Of a stretch of DNA of 64,000 nucleotides, positions 19,701-29,500 are shown piece after piece. The DNA comes from a virus: positions 32,001 through 96,000 of the IMG/VR virus record IMGVR_UViG_3300017746_000002. One strand, written 5' to 3'. Made by a program: the position numbers and the translations under genes. The notes under the pieces were generated by a model that saw nothing but the letters and a program-made list of their open reading frames with translations, was not told the DNA's origin and made no database searches. Numbering within the stretch: the first letter of the stretch is position 1; each line of letters begins with the position of its first letter.

Positions 19701-22700
19701 TAGCAGGATTCATTTTAAATTCCTCAAATCTATCTGCCATATACTCCTCAGCTAATATATCAGATAATTCTTTAGTGTTCATCTCTTTATAACCCATATC
19801 TATTAATCTTAAGAAGTCAAATGCTTCTGACTCAGATTTAACAAAGATACCTTTATCTATCTCATATCCTTTTTCAGTTCTATATAATGCTCTAAGTTCT
19901 TTTTTAGCAATACTACTATATTTACTCATCTCAGTATCTGTTAGTAGCGTCCTATATACTGCATGGAATGCTTCATGATATTTAAATGGAGCCATTGCAC
20001 TAGTAGCAACTTCCCCTCCTAAAACGCTATCAAATGCATCAGTTTTTGGATTATATATAGACTGCATAGCTAATTCAAAATAACCTACAGTCATAAATTT
20101 ATCTTTCAGTTTACCAGTAAGATAATTTACATATGCTTCTCCTGATTCATGAAAACCAGTCATATCAGATAGTAATATTGTATCAGGTAGATTTGCAGAT
20201 AACCAATCTCTAAATGTATCTATATCCTCAATATCATTACCATCAAAGTTTCTTGTAATCTTACGTATTTTAAAACTATCTTCAAATGCTTTTTTAACAG
20301 CAGCTTTTAACTCTTGTATTTTAGGATCAGTTATGACAATTTGTTGTAAAACTCTATTTATAGCAATTTTACCATCATTAGTTTCTTCATTATATAATTC
20401 AGCATTACGTGCAATTAACTCAGCTCTTTTCTCAGCTCTTAACTTTATTGTATAATCCTTAAGCTCTCTCTCTAGTCTTGAATGTTCAGCAAGTGCTTTT
20501 TGATTTTCAGCTTCTTTAGGTGTATCAGCAGGTACAGCAGATTGTTCTAACACTTCTATTCTAAGTTCAGCAATTCTATCTCTATATGCTGCTTGAACTT
20601 CTTTTTCAAATTCATCAAGACTTTCTCCTATATTTAATTTAACAGCAATTATTTTTAATTGGTCATTAGAAATATTTTCATAATCATCTAATGCAGCATC
20701 CTGTCTTTGTTCTGGTGTTAATTCTTCAACTACTTCATTATCTTTTTCTCTTTCTCTTTCTGATCTTTCTTTTTCTTTAAGAGCATCAGACTTTCTAATT
20801 ATAGGTGTTGTTAATCTAGATATATTACTTCCTTCTAAGTTTAATGTTATGTAAAAACCTTTTTTAACTTCTGATGTTAAGTTTGTTCTTGCAAGAGACA
20901 ATACATTAAAATCCATATTCTTTTTATTAATAGGATATTTAAATGAATTTTTAGTAGGTTGAAAAGCTTTAAAATTTTCATCAGTTAATGCAGCAATCAT
21001 ATCTTCTGCATTATTCCATTCTTGTACTGCTTCAAAATCTATAACTGATTTTAATCTATGATTTTCTGCTTTATCAGATACATTAAAGTTTCTAATTGAA
21101 ACATTTAAACCTCCTATACTGTTCACGTTAAGTGTAACAAATATACCAGGACCCGCAGCAATAAACATACCAGGTAGATCAAATTCTGAATCAGCAGGTG
21201 ATCCATCCATTAATTCTTTATTCCACTTATCATTAAAAGTAATATCTTCAAAATGATTATCATGTGTATCTTTAGATCTTTCTTTTATACTATTTAAAAA
21301 ACTATCAACATCATCAAGACTCATTGTATCTGGAGTAAGTGTAACAATAGCATATTTACCATTATCTAACTTTACAAGAGCATTATATTTACCTTTTAAG
21401 TTAGGGCTTTTAGATTCTAATTTACTGTAAATAGATATAACCTCTTGATACAATTTTTTACCTGCTGGTTTAGTTGTATCAATATTATTTACTGGATTAC
21501 CTTTTACTTTAGAATAAACCCACTTACCATCTTTGTTTTTGTATTTTGAAGGGTAGTTTCTATTGTAGTCCATAATAAAATATGGAGGTTGACCATCTAC
21601 TGTAATATCTGAATAATCCGCTCCTTCTACATCTGTAACTACATATTTATAATCTAATTCACCAAACGTAGCTCCTTGTTCTCCTTTACCGGTTAACCTA
21701 GTTAATGCTCCTTCTGATAACGTAACTCCAATATCTTCAAGATCTGCTATATCAATAATAACCTCCTCTTGGCCTGATTCATCCAACGTTTTTTGCAAAA
21801 ATTCTTCTATAGCATATGCTTGAACATAATTGTTTTTAATCTTGTCAACTATATTATCTATGTTATCACTTTTATATGTTCTAAATAAATCATATGCTTG
21901 TTGATTAGTTATTTGAAGTGGGTCAATAGTATTACCATTACCATCTAACAATACTACCGAACTTGAACCTTGAAAAAATCCTACAGTTTCAGCAACTAAA
22001 TTACCCTCATCATTTATTTGTTCTGATATTATTTCAACATAAAGTTTTTGTTTTTGAATTCTTATACCAGGATTTTTAGGATCTTCTCCAAATTGAAACT
22101 GCTGAAGTTTATTTACATTAGTTTGTCTATCATCCCATTTAGGACCTCTTCTTATTTTTAGTTTTAATGCTCCCTGCTTTTCAGGACTTAACTCTCTTAG
22201 TAACTTTTGAAGTCTATCATTTGCTTCTTTTATTCTTTTTTCTTTATTTTTTATAGCAAAATCATACTTTGGAATAATTGAAAGAGGTTCCCTAGTTAGT
22301 ATCTTAGATATTCTTGTATCATCATCAATAGTCTCATTCTCAACTAAAGTCCAATTATTAATAAAATCATCTACTTTAATAAACTCTTGATCACTTTTCT
22401 TTTTACTATTTGGATCATATGCAGGTCTTAAATGTATTCCCTTCTTAGTTAGTTTATTACCATGAACCATAAACTTATCACCCGTTTCATTATTCTGTAC
22501 AATATCACCTTTCTTTAAAGATACTTCTTCATTAAGTTCATATCCTTCTTCTTTTTTATCTTGTCTTACTTTTTGATTTCTAGAATTAGTTGCATCTTCT
22601 ACTGAACCATATACATCATCATTAATAGGATCACCATTGTTATCTACAATTCTATACATTTGTACGTCCCCTTCTTCTTTTGAGATAGTAGTTTGTTGAA

Positions 22701-25700
22701 CATTTAAACCAGAAGAATGACCTTTTCCTTTTTTATCTACAACCTTTTTTCTTTGTGTATTTTTTTTAGTATTATATTTTTTAGGAATTATCTTTGTAGA
22801 CGTACCAGTTATTTGTTCAACTGTTGTATCAGTTAGTTTTAATATACTTTGAACATTATTTGTGTCTTCATTAGCCATTAACCACTCATTAAAATCAGCC
22901 TTTTCCCCTTTTGCAAAGGCTGGTAAAAATACTTCTTGATTTAATTTCATAATAGCAAAAGCAACTTTTCTTGCTTTCTTTGAGGCAGTGCTATCTAGCC
23001 AATCTCTTTCTGTCATTGGAGTTCCCTTTACACCTCTTTGATAGGTTCTATATTGTTTTTTTAAGTATTGTTTACTTAATGATACACCAGATTCAAAATC
23101 TATTTTATCATCAACAATTTCTCCTGTTTCTTCATCTACTTTAGGTGTAAAGTTATCATCATAGTTATATTCATCATCTCTTATATCTTCAAAGTCTTCT
23201 TGTTCTTCTACATCAAAAGACTCACTTTCTTTTTTACGTGCTGTATTTTCATAAACACCTATTATGTTTTCTATTTTATCAGCAAGCGCTTTATTTTTTG
23301 GATCAGTAAATATAATTTCACCTTTTTTATTAAAGAATGTGTGTGGCATAGGTCCTTCACCTTTTAACCATTGTTCAACCTCAAACATATCCGGGTATAC
23401 TTCAAGTTTAGATAAAGCATTTAAGACATTATTTTTTTCAGTTTGATCAACATACTTTTCTATTCTTTCTCTAACTCCTCTTTTGTTCTCTTCAAAAGCT
23501 TGTTTAAACTGAACTGTAAACTTATCAGCCATGTCATTCAATTTACCAGGAGACATTATATACTGTATAGCTTTATTATAGTCTTCAGCTCTTCCGTTTA
23601 GGAATTTATAGTCTACAATTTTAAGAAGCGTCTCATCTATTTTATCAGAATTAATAAACTCATCATTAGTATTTGCTACAAATTGTAAGAATTTTACAAA
23701 AGGATCTTTTAAGCTTTTTATATTCTGTTCATTAAACATTCCAAAAGGTTGACCTGGTAAACCTTTAAGTTTTGGAATATTAACCTGCTGATCACTTAAC
23801 ACTCTTTCTCTAATTTCAATAATTACTTTTTCTTGAATAGACTGTTCTTTTTTTCTTTGAGCTTCTTCATCAGGTGTTTCTCCTTCTTTAGGTACAAATA
23901 CTGGAGCTGTTTTCTCAACATTTTTTGGATCTGTTAGTACTCCAAAATAAGTTTGTAATAAAGCTAACCTATCTATTTTATTTTTATTTATGTCTTTTTG
24001 ATCTTGTGTTGTTTCTCCTTCAGTTTCTCCAAAAAGTTTTATTTCTGTTTTTAAAAGATTAATCTCATTTATAAGATCATTCATATTGGTTAGCACATCT
24101 AAATCAGATCTTGATAAATTAGCAACAACAGGATCTGCTGCCATGTCTTTATACATTTGATTTGATCTTTCTAAAGCTCTTTTAAATGTATCTCTTGTAA
24201 ATAATGCAAGCATCTTTGCATGATTAAACGCTGCTTGTTTAATTACTTCTTCATTCCACTCTCTAGATTTTACTTCAAAATCAGAAGGATTATATGGGTT
24301 TATTATTTCGTCATTAAGTTGTTTAAATGACTTTTCTAAACTATCTAGATTAGTCATCATACTATTTATACGTTCTCTGGTTTTACCACTTTTAATTTCT
24401 TCTGCTGTAGCATTTGGAAATGCCTCAGCTAATCCTTGATCATCTAGTTTAAGAAAGTCTTCTAGTTGGGAACGAAACTCATAAGCTTTACCAGAACTTA
24501 ATACTGTGTGTAAATGTTGAAATATTCCTTTATCTTTTGCATCCATAAAGTTTAATACAGATCCTGCCATAGATGCATCAAACATTTCTTCATTAGCCAT
24601 TTTTTGATTTATGGCATTAATCTTATCTGGAGAAAAATATTCTTCAGGATTTTCATATACTTCATTAAGTACTTTTACAGTTTCATTAACATAATCATTA
24701 CGTTCTTTTTCATATTTTGCATATGCTTTTGGATCCATGTATTTTTGATACATCTGTGGTGCAAATTCAAAAACAGCTTTTTGTGGTCCTTGTACTAAAC
24801 CACCCATTAAGAATCCTGACATAAATACTTCAAAACCTTGACCAGACATTTGAGATCCTAGTCCTGCTTTTATAGATGCATATTGTGCATCAAGACCCGC
24901 CATTCCTGGATCCTTATAGATATTACTATAATAATCTTTTGCACCTACTGCAATTGCTTCTTGAAATATTTCTTGAAAACCTTCAACTGAATTTGGTAAT
25001 GTATATCTTAATAATTCACCACCAAATATTTTAAGATTACCATTAAGACCACGTTGTCTAAGTCTTCCTAATCTTGATGTACCACCGTCATAAAACTTTT
25101 TGGTACCTTTTTTACCCATTTGTTTAGCAGTGCTTTCTAATATCTGACTACCTACACCTCTCTTAGTAGCTTCAAGTGCTTTGTTAATTCCTCTAAATCC
25201 TCTTAATGCCCCATCAAATACAATCATGTTTGATGCAAATATTATAGGGAAGTTCCACATTAAAGTAGTAAATGCTGCTTCATCAGACTTCTCTACTATT
25301 TTTGCTATTTCATCTGCTGATGGATCGTTACCATTATTATTTGCTTTATAGTCAGCATAGTGTTCAGAAATAAAATCATTCTTTACCATTCCTGCTTCTA
25401 ACTTACTTTCAGCTATAGCAAGATTAACCATTCTCATATCTCTATAAAATCCTCCTGCTGTTTTTGCAACTTTAGCAGCAGTACTAAGAGCCTTTGCTGT
25501 ATTTTCAGCTGTTTTCCAACTCTTAATTGCTTTATATGTATTAGGTGTAAGTTTATCTGCTGTCCATAAACCAGCTCTTAACCAAAAAGATTTTGCGTCA
25601 TCTGCATTCTTTACTGTTTTTAATAAAGCTTCTGATGCATTTTGTGCGTCTTTAATCTTATCTCCAACTCTACCTAATCTAGCAACGTTATATGCAGTTC

Positions 25701-26529
25701 TACTAGCTACAATTGGAGTAGCACCTCCAAACGTTCCTGCCTCAAGAGCAGCTAATGCAAGTTCTTCTACGGCAATGTTAGATAATATACCAACAGTGTA
25801 ACCAGAGTTTAGCATTAAATTAGTTGCAAAACCACCAACACCTCCTCTAGTAGTATTTCCTATTCTCATTGCCTCAGCAAAATTATCAGCACCTTCTATA
25901 TCTGCACTAAGATAGTTTCCTTGCATTGCATCACCAAGAGCATCATATGTACTCATAAAACCAGTACCAAATACTTTACCAAACTGTCCCCACATTCTTT
26001 GATTATCATCCCACCATGTAGAATTTTCGTTATAATACTCCTCATTATTTCTATAAGGATGAAAACCTAACTTATCAAAATTAGGGTGATTATAAAATCT
26101 ATCAAAATTACTTGATTTAAATCCAAAAGTTTGAACATTGTTTGGAGTAAGTTTATCACTAGTAGTAGATGGTTGTGAATATACCTGATTCATTAACCTA
26201 TCTATATCAGACTCAGAATTTTGAGTTTCTAAACTTTGAAACTTTTCTTCTGGAGATAAGTAAGTTGGAGTATACCCTGTATTTATATAACTACTTGCAG
26301 CATCCATATTAGGAGTCCATCCTGGATTTACTTGTGCAGCTAAAAAGCTCATGTCTTGATCACCAAACAAAGCTTGATCAACGTCAAAGTCTTGTGACAA
26401 TTCTAAATCTTGTTGTGGTGAATCTGTTATTCCAGCAAATACATTAGCGTTAGGTGCTAATGGATCAACAGTTTCCTGTGGTACATTGTTTGGAACAATA
26501 TTTCCTTCTTGTGTAATTTCCTCTGCCAT
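10756..26529 (-). CDS. Virion-packaged DNA-dependent RNA polymerase polyprotein (crAss-like, phi14:2 gp66-type)
   Basis: 5257 aa. Catalytic GADFDIDK (DFDID at 14632-14646) is preceded by RIPSQDKHS, and there is a TDGQMY motif. It also has an HEAFH zincin motif (19963-19977) and N-terminal hydrophobic/Gly-rich segments. Confidence 0.88.
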   Translation of the reverse strand: MAEEITQEGNIVPNNVPQETVDPLAPNANVFAGITDSPQQDLELSQDFDVDQALFGDQDMSFLAAQVNPGWTPNMDAASSYINTGYTPTYLSPEEKFQSLETQNSESDIDRLMNQVYSQPSTTSDKLTPNNVQTFGFKSSNFDRFYNHPNFDKLGFHPYRNNEEYYNENSTWWDDNQRMWGQFGKVFGTGFMSTYDALGDAMQGNYLSADIEGADNFAEAMRIGNTTRGGVGGFATNLMLNSGYTVGILSNIAVEELALAALEAGTFGGATPIVASRTAYNVARLGRVGDKIKDAQNASEALLKTVKNADDAKSFWLRAGLWTADKLTPNTYKAIKSWKTAENTAKALSTAAKVAKTAGGFYRDMRMVNLAIAESKLEAGMVKNDFISEHYADYKANNNGNDPSADEIAKIVEKSDEAAFTTLMWNFPIIFASNMIVFDGALRGFRGINKALEATKRGVGSQILESTAKQMGKKGTKKFYDGGTSRLGRLRQRGLNGNLKIFGGELLRYTLPNSVEGFQEIFQEAIAVGAKDYYSNIYKDPGMAGLDAQYASIKAGLGSQMSGQGFEVFMSGFLMGGLVQGPQKAVFEFAPQMYQKYMDPKAYAKYEKERNDYVNETVKVLNEVYENPEEYFSPDKINAINQKMANEEMFDASMAGSVLNFMDAKDKGIFQHLHTVLSSGKAYEFRSQLEDFLKLDDQGLAEAFPNATAEEIKSGKTRERINSMMTNLDSLEKSFKQLNDEIINPYNPSDFEVKSREWNEEVIKQAAFNHAKMLALFTRDTFKRALERSNQMYKDMAADPVVANLSRSDLDVLTNMNDLINEINLLKTEIKLFGETEGETTQDQKDINKNKIDRLALLQTYFGVLTDPKNVEKTAPVFVPKEGETPDEEAQRKKEQSIQEKVIIEIRERVLSDQQVNIPKLKGLPGQPFGMFNEQNIKSLKDPFVKFLQFVANTNDEFINSDKIDETLLKIVDYKFLNGRAEDYNKAIQYIMSPGKLNDMADKFTVQFKQAFEENKRGVRERIEKYVDQTEKNNVLNALSKLEVYPDMFEVEQWLKGEGPMPHTFFNKKGEIIFTDPKNKALADKIENIIGVYENTARKKESESFDVEEQEDFEDIRDDEYNYDDNFTPKVDEETGEIVDDKIDFESGVSLSKQYLKKQYRTYQRGVKGTPMTERDWLDSTASKKARKVAFAIMKLNQEVFLPAFAKGEKADFNEWLMANEDTNNVQSILKLTDTTVEQITGTSTKIIPKKYNTKKNTQRKKVVDKKGKGHSSGLNVQQTTISKEEGDVQMYRIVDNNGDPINDDVYGSVEDATNSRNQKVRQDKKEEGYELNEEVSLKKGDIVQNNETGDKFMVHGNKLTKKGIHLRPAYDPNSKKKSDQEFIKVDDFINNWTLVENETIDDDTRISKILTREPLSIIPKYDFAIKNKEKRIKEANDRLQKLLRELSPEKQGALKLKIRRGPKWDDRQTNVNKLQQFQFGEDPKNPGIRIQKQKLYVEIISEQINDEGNLVAETVGFFQGSSSVVLLDGNGNTIDPLQITNQQAYDLFRTYKSDNIDNIVDKIKNNYVQAYAIEEFLQKTLDESGQEEVIIDIADLEDIGVTLSEGALTRLTGKGEQGATFGELDYKYVVTDVEGADYSDITVDGQPPYFIMDYNRNYPSKYKNKDGKWVYSKVKGNPVNNIDTTKPAGKKLYQEVISIYSKLESKSPNLKGKYNALVKLDNGKYAIVTLTPDTMSLDDVDSFLNSIKERSKDTHDNHFEDITFNDKWNKELMDGSPADSEFDLPGMFIAAGPGIFVTLNVNSIGGLNVSIRNFNVSDKAENHRLKSVIDFEAVQEWNNAEDMIAALTDENFKAFQPTKNSFKYPINKKNMDFNVLSLARTNLTSEVKKGFYITLNLEGSNISRLTTPIIRKSDALKEKERSEREREKDNEVVEELTPEQRQDAALDDYENISNDQLKIIAVKLNIGESLDEFEKEVQAAYRDRIAELRIEVLEQSAVPADTPKEAENQKALAEHSRLERELKDYTIKLRAEKRAELIARNAELYNEETNDGKIAINRVLQQIVITDPKIQELKAAVKKAFEDSFKIRKITRNFDGNDIEDIDTFRDWLSANLPDTILLSDMTGFHESGEAYVNYLTGKLKDKFMTVGYFELAMQSIYNPKTDAFDSVLGGEVATSAMAPFKYHEAFHAVYRTLLTDTEMSKYSSIAKKELRALYRTEKGYEIDKGIFVKSESEAFDFLRLIDMGYKEMNTKELSDILAEEYMADRFEEFKMNPATTKTNTEIKSLFTRIIDFIKAVLRQFKADKSYQLNSLFKDIDGGKYKRAGVQTNKFTIAAAEGVPSVAYKKSIRLGTLDIRYESKTQKGKFIEKRINNVMPADQQHTIVSGITNLYLKRKRNHEGVFNKNEELEKVVFLAIEMYNPNRDFYMQKSEEWQVDTLPHVRNMYDSMLDQVEDIKDMVNERLADIAEKINLEEEDIAELEADGVRSINEWGKSSDEIGGFSSMLSPDLRTYIGLTTLNEADTYGNKYFDDAETELLNIGVDAHRVYNGILKAVANEVNEIEIIKKAWLYSRKNPHSKAFIDNFFKDIGLFDKAMDDAGKTAVLFDDNYTLPEIKDSELYQQFINGFMNFRVDNIFWQKDSSGVVNLYSATTKDDAHHTLSEWASSFNKMYNLVKVLGSEENTNATLTLNSLTQLMAISKIDEQTNLSDRASSVAEDLRVDLGMDISPLYLEYSVLTNILDQSNFTPEQKMLVDTFSMYDAIEEVDIEELVKSINRGENIFLDNQDVDGEDTSKKTDELYGIKSRLIKISINNAPFSESVGATVFKDPKGNLIYAHQMPTLHLEKIIEMKGADYVANKILESPFMKDNVLLNDSKFQTIVEKGLINPMRISGLKSDGILNISENGVLRENKALDVNQKPGVQFGSSTPKEFALSLIHTYLYYYNRTSPDKSPKFYDKETGEPFVLAPIFIRVIEASNTGDFAPLAIYKQVEMSDEGLTLTDEAVEKRKTIVKQSFERAQREANPETRTKQSIYLGNTDKDNNRTDTGRLTRIDDVAELTNSLKARKNRAINIEAPSIGDVVSEELIAGNLSTVLRSREVAVSTNLSVGENSIVDIGGMQFVMYNQGFKKFSDITNAEQDRLMKEMGTSILTSEQYTNRKDKNRRMYSFRNGNKTFYTYLLKDAQWLNDKSTTSRNIFSFVPLSKDSKVQVGLSTKQITVKTIEELQERIDIALEAEDYRLVQVLKDKLDQINESQEDLITNEAIEIITGETMDVDTSVVDGLQEAIEKARTGEMVDFDTLWNELNGDDAVRSRAMQDVNEFIITLKETGAWDEISTEISEGLGQVQEDNNSKIQVVQNDSADLLMSLYNMEEGNLDYNLAQIFLNDQLNTIGINQLVLGDEAYSLKDAVDKIKRAKMQNAAGPNASSLISDPEIGINHETDIIKQLLFNDEKIKKEFDTIIESDRQKEGQEGDRTDGQMYITTKSFKHFMFGFGKWNKTKNDILKQIVAGNMVKVDNDFFGGFNKLSYKEQDMIMNSLKLVYADGQVFLKMSAFVLTPEFTSIERNGEMVAREGRVELHNLRVKLEKFEQEQENEGNGIVSIAVPATASKMMKMNMQDTQAAYDDRSLTNDMTTDLRAKYMRLQLINPSNKVEVIDPRQIKNLITSEQKLDELVNVAGTEMSIADVINLFHNTMSDRVENEFFKRRNLVFSWAGSQDELIKAKDAGKRMTTNLTAFLKYAIKGLEASQAKSQMLDYFGMDAFGEPKYDLNNQLTVKKFQELFLAFFSKGVLAERQPGISAALVSDAGFKVVKKVEAVDKDGVPIRWTVIRSNDWEGLKNLDPNLKAKTYTDKDNETFSGLKRNEYYLDHLRSGVMEYDSNNQPTGIKYTEFVMPPHFKSILENPLSIGDNIPDAIAKMFGIRIPSQDKHSAVNLKLVDFLPVYYGSSAIFSRDLVEISGADFDIDKLYMHIKDFYVQNGEFIEYGSAERMEDAYYDYIKYTLNEYGKKNSSLYMAVEEVLRREKSLENVERLGVTEKTANMSPQAKEEFIKEYLKNKELKIKIELFGLLTSDTDLNVETSKKLFKRAEGLSEAMTMLGQPVSFEEYKAYRKKHTYTIGDQTIMREPYKGAQDNVILDSKIALLGNKGMSDPRAGRIEAIASEPAVLTPLTDEAATDLFGEGTWQYIQRELPELAEEVNETGIDINNINGKITAWDNNKEGARSIGAVVLPNILINILQEHGIKLRSKKRKGVETFDRLSLNGNNYSYDDFGVEYTIDPKTGKQSTDLYRKQFVVSALVTAMTDNAKERLAKKLGLTKNSLATVTTMLALGVDIKTITLLVKHPTIAFAFDQLKNGKVDGNIKTVLETRKRKIKGELEKVTRTPVISLESLTRMNKHFNAITDGTPKLDKTQDVTLVGIGQWSDEEIQFDLAAIDQFLIAYNITESIRNMTELVNLQKGLGRDLEAMQRKEDAAIGLGLKMTNKEFEADTDILVDVRNIFKKGRNIHATNYKLFRESYDYLAPAVFLQRTEPFEKIYNTLIKNLEVTYTKPGKLGNISVDLIAYLNTKSYIHRTLNNSYQSWQGASLQNGMIYDNKIFPSMPQGALSVDTVVERVTKYLSSTKKNNHFIDKYITLRKTNNEDNFSGISQINSNTWTRIDDAELSRIQNSFLELYQDPNTHHDAVHMINYLLVKDGFRYGPNTFMSALPASVTDDIINTINDIHLLMKDPKINNNKYKKLFGVSYEELTTQFLEDYMSHSKTGYDLKSTKVGGEVSSYNTEEIVIPERSILVDYDVAEGDETTQVLSNLAQRVFKYQTKEYGSVIHAFQVLRKGKFDKKVDKEYKKHGIDEAHGKVIETKLAKKRGSEDEMILLEKLIRASFINTATDYASNGTEIRTELMRGNDFRFSTNTNIDKVTKKTLLSLQKDMVYNNLENGEQTIISKAGIKTQEAINKNLKKNPVVRDNVEKTVTVDIFKGVKKGDKSDQIQKNIYIIRRGSGFKTMKAVSKTKTLTLIQFPYVMEMGIGVGKFGQKDKKLYKLVSYKGIDNKTITDPYEIIDNENNIAVGNYAEYVEIEQVGSLSQNAIGLVFGKLPAEKEIKKYIEDKKDIFNSVIDPEQAAETAIDNFTPEAQSNETATEETENEKVDITLDDLKSDKEIDEENEDFRLEEDNAEEKSSTVVDPVSFLSGSISQQAKGNDNDSKLEKEWDKLTGEEKLGANNVMKIYNAQDLIAAYNKTNAKVDISISKFMENLKCNI

Positions 26530-26537
26530 ACTATGGT

Positions 26538-29500
26538 TTATTTCAGATTTTTACTTTGGGTATTTCTATTTTTATTAGCTAAATTTTCTAGATGTTCTCT
26601 TTGAGTTCTCATCATTTCATCAATTTTTGCCTCACCTGATGGAAGCGCTCTAACTTCACCAGCAACTTCTCTATAGACCCATTCTTTATCATCATCTTGG
26701 ATCCATGTTCCTTGTGTCATTTGAGTATATATTGTATTACCATCACTACCTGTCCAAGCTCTAACTTTACCACCTTGAGGTACAGTATGAATATATCCTC
26801 CATTATCTCTTATTATTCTTCTTGTACTAGACACATCCATATTTATTACGTCAAGAGGATTATTTATCATACCTTTATCTACATATATTGTAATAGTATT
26901 CTTATCATCATCAAAAAGTTTAGTAAGTAGATTGTTATCTATAGTAGAGGAGCTTCTCAGTTTTTTTATATAATCTTGATCTAACTGAAGTGTCCAACCA
27001 GATTTACCACCTAAGTTTTCATTATATGTAATAGATATGTTTGGCATGTTAGTAGCAGATGCTGGTTGTCTAAGATCTGTTCTTATTTGTCGTAATATTT
27101 GATCCATACCTTCAGACCATTCCATATCTGTTAATGCTCCTTTTACAATATGCATTGATGGATCTCCTAGTTTAACAACAACATTTGATTTATCTAATTT
27201 GTTAACTGCATTTAAAGCTATTGTTAATTGAGTTGCTATTTCTGGATGAGCATTTCCGTGTATATATGTACCATTCCAATTATCAGTCATTGCAATGCTT
27301 CCATCATTTATCTGATCTTTTAGCATAAACTCATTTCTTGCACTAAATGTTGGAAAACCATTACCTGCAACAGAACTAGTCATCCCTTGATTCATTGCAT
27401 CATATAGACTATTATATGCTACTGTAGTCTTATCATTCATATTATTATAAGGCCTAGAACCAGCTCCTGGTCTCCAATCTTCACTACTATGTTTCACAAC
27501 ATGGTGTTGTAATCTTACAGGAAACTTTTTTCCACGTCCATCTGTAGCTCTAAAATTATTATAAAAGCTATTTGACAAATTATCCTCAGAAGAATCAACA
27601 CCTTTTAGATAATTATCTATACCCTCTTGTCCAAATCTAGTATATTGAGATGATATGTTTTCAACTATTCTTAATTCTGACATATCTACTGCATAATTTT
27701 CTTTTAATGCTGATTTAATATCAGAAACACCTAATGTTTTTAAAACATCAGGAGTAAAGATGCCGGATAAGTATTGTTGATATTTTGCATAATCTCCAAA
27801 GTCTTCAACACTTTTTAATACTGCTGGTAAATTTGCATTATCAGCGTTAGCTTTAAACTTATCTGCTCCAACTTGCTGATATTCTGATAAATTTAACATT
27901 CTAAATGTTCCATTATCATTTTCAATTAATGGTGAACCATATTTATCAAAAAATTCTTTTAATGATGGATCTGCTTGTGCCATTATCATATCATAAGCAG
28001 ACTTGTATGTTTTATTTTGTTTTTCAACTATGTTTAATACATCAGCTTTACCATTTTCAATCTGACTTTCTATCTGAGATATTTGTGTATTTAAAGAATT
28101 AAACTCAGCTGTACCTAACATAGGTGCAAATGCTCCTTCATCTCCTAAACCTACTTGATGATGATATTTTTGTAATACTTCTAAATAAAGATCTTCAAGA
28201 TCTGTTTGACTTCTACCTGCTCCGTTAAGTAAATACTCTTTAGCTTCATTCCAGTGTAAAAATTTCTTTTCCCATTTACCGTCTTTATTAGTAGGGTTAG
28301 TATCTTTCATATATCCAGAACCATCAGCATAGGTAAACACTTCAACTTCAATACCTGTTGGATCTACGTCATAGTCAGCACTACTCCAAATAGAAGCTAA
28401 CTGAGTATGCATTTGTTCAATAGCAGTAAACATTGGAGCATTAACATTGTCTCTCATTTTTGTATCTATGTAAAACTTGTTATCTCCCATAAGATCACCT
28501 GTATTTTCATATGAGCTAAGGTTTAATTCTGCATCAGGCATTCCGCTTTGCATACCAGGACCGTCAAGATTAAGACCTCCACCACCTTCAAGTGATTTTT
28601 TATAGTCAGCTAAAGCTTTAGCATCATTAAACTTTTGTTGTTGTTCAATCATTCTGTATTCATGATCTAACTTTTTTGAAACTAAAGGATTAACTTTTCT
28701 ATCTGTAACTTTCATTGTAGTAGTAGCATACTCATTAGCAGCAGATAATACATCTTTATTAATAGAGTAATTCATATATGCTTGATAAGCAATGTTTCTC
28801 ATTTCTGCAAGATCTTTATATTCTCTAGATATATCTAAAATAGTTTTGTTATCTTTTTGTATACCTTTATCTATTGCTGTAATAGCACCAAGAGTTTCTA
28901 AATAAGTTTGTTTTGCCTTAGTACCCGCTTTTGGATATTTTTCTAAATACTTTTCCCAACTATTTTTTGTTTGTGTTAATTTATCTTTTTGACTTGTTTC
29001 AGTTTTTATTTCATCTTCTATGCCAGTTTTACTTTGATCAATTATCTGACTTAAAATATATTTTTCAGCATTTTCTTTACTACCGTATTTTGTAATATTA
29101 TTTTCATTTTCATAAAACTTTCTTGCTTTTACATATGCTGCTGTAGCATAACCTCTTGAAATAAGAGGATCATCTAGTATAGTTTTAGCAATAATATTTG
29201 CAGCAGGATTGTATGTTCCCATTACTCCTGTTTCTTTATCTACTACACCAGTTGGTCTATTAGTAATAACAGAGCCATTGGTCATTGTAGACATCCATAC
29301 TCCATCTTCACTAAACACAACATCAGTCATTTCTAACTTTTTACCTTTACCTTCATAGTTCATTAGGTATTCAATACCTCTTTCAATTAAATCAGGGTCT
29401 TCAACATATTCAGGTAATCTTTCTGACATAGATTCTTCTAAGGATCCTGCTTTAAAATCTTGCATAGAAAAATTTAATCTATCTACACCATCTTGCCAAT

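Noticed and set aside
1887-26529. Introns or inteins in nrdJ or the RNAP gene
   Set aside because: NrdJ has normal monomeric length with contiguous motifs, and I recognised no intein splice motifs or homing endonuclease in either protein.
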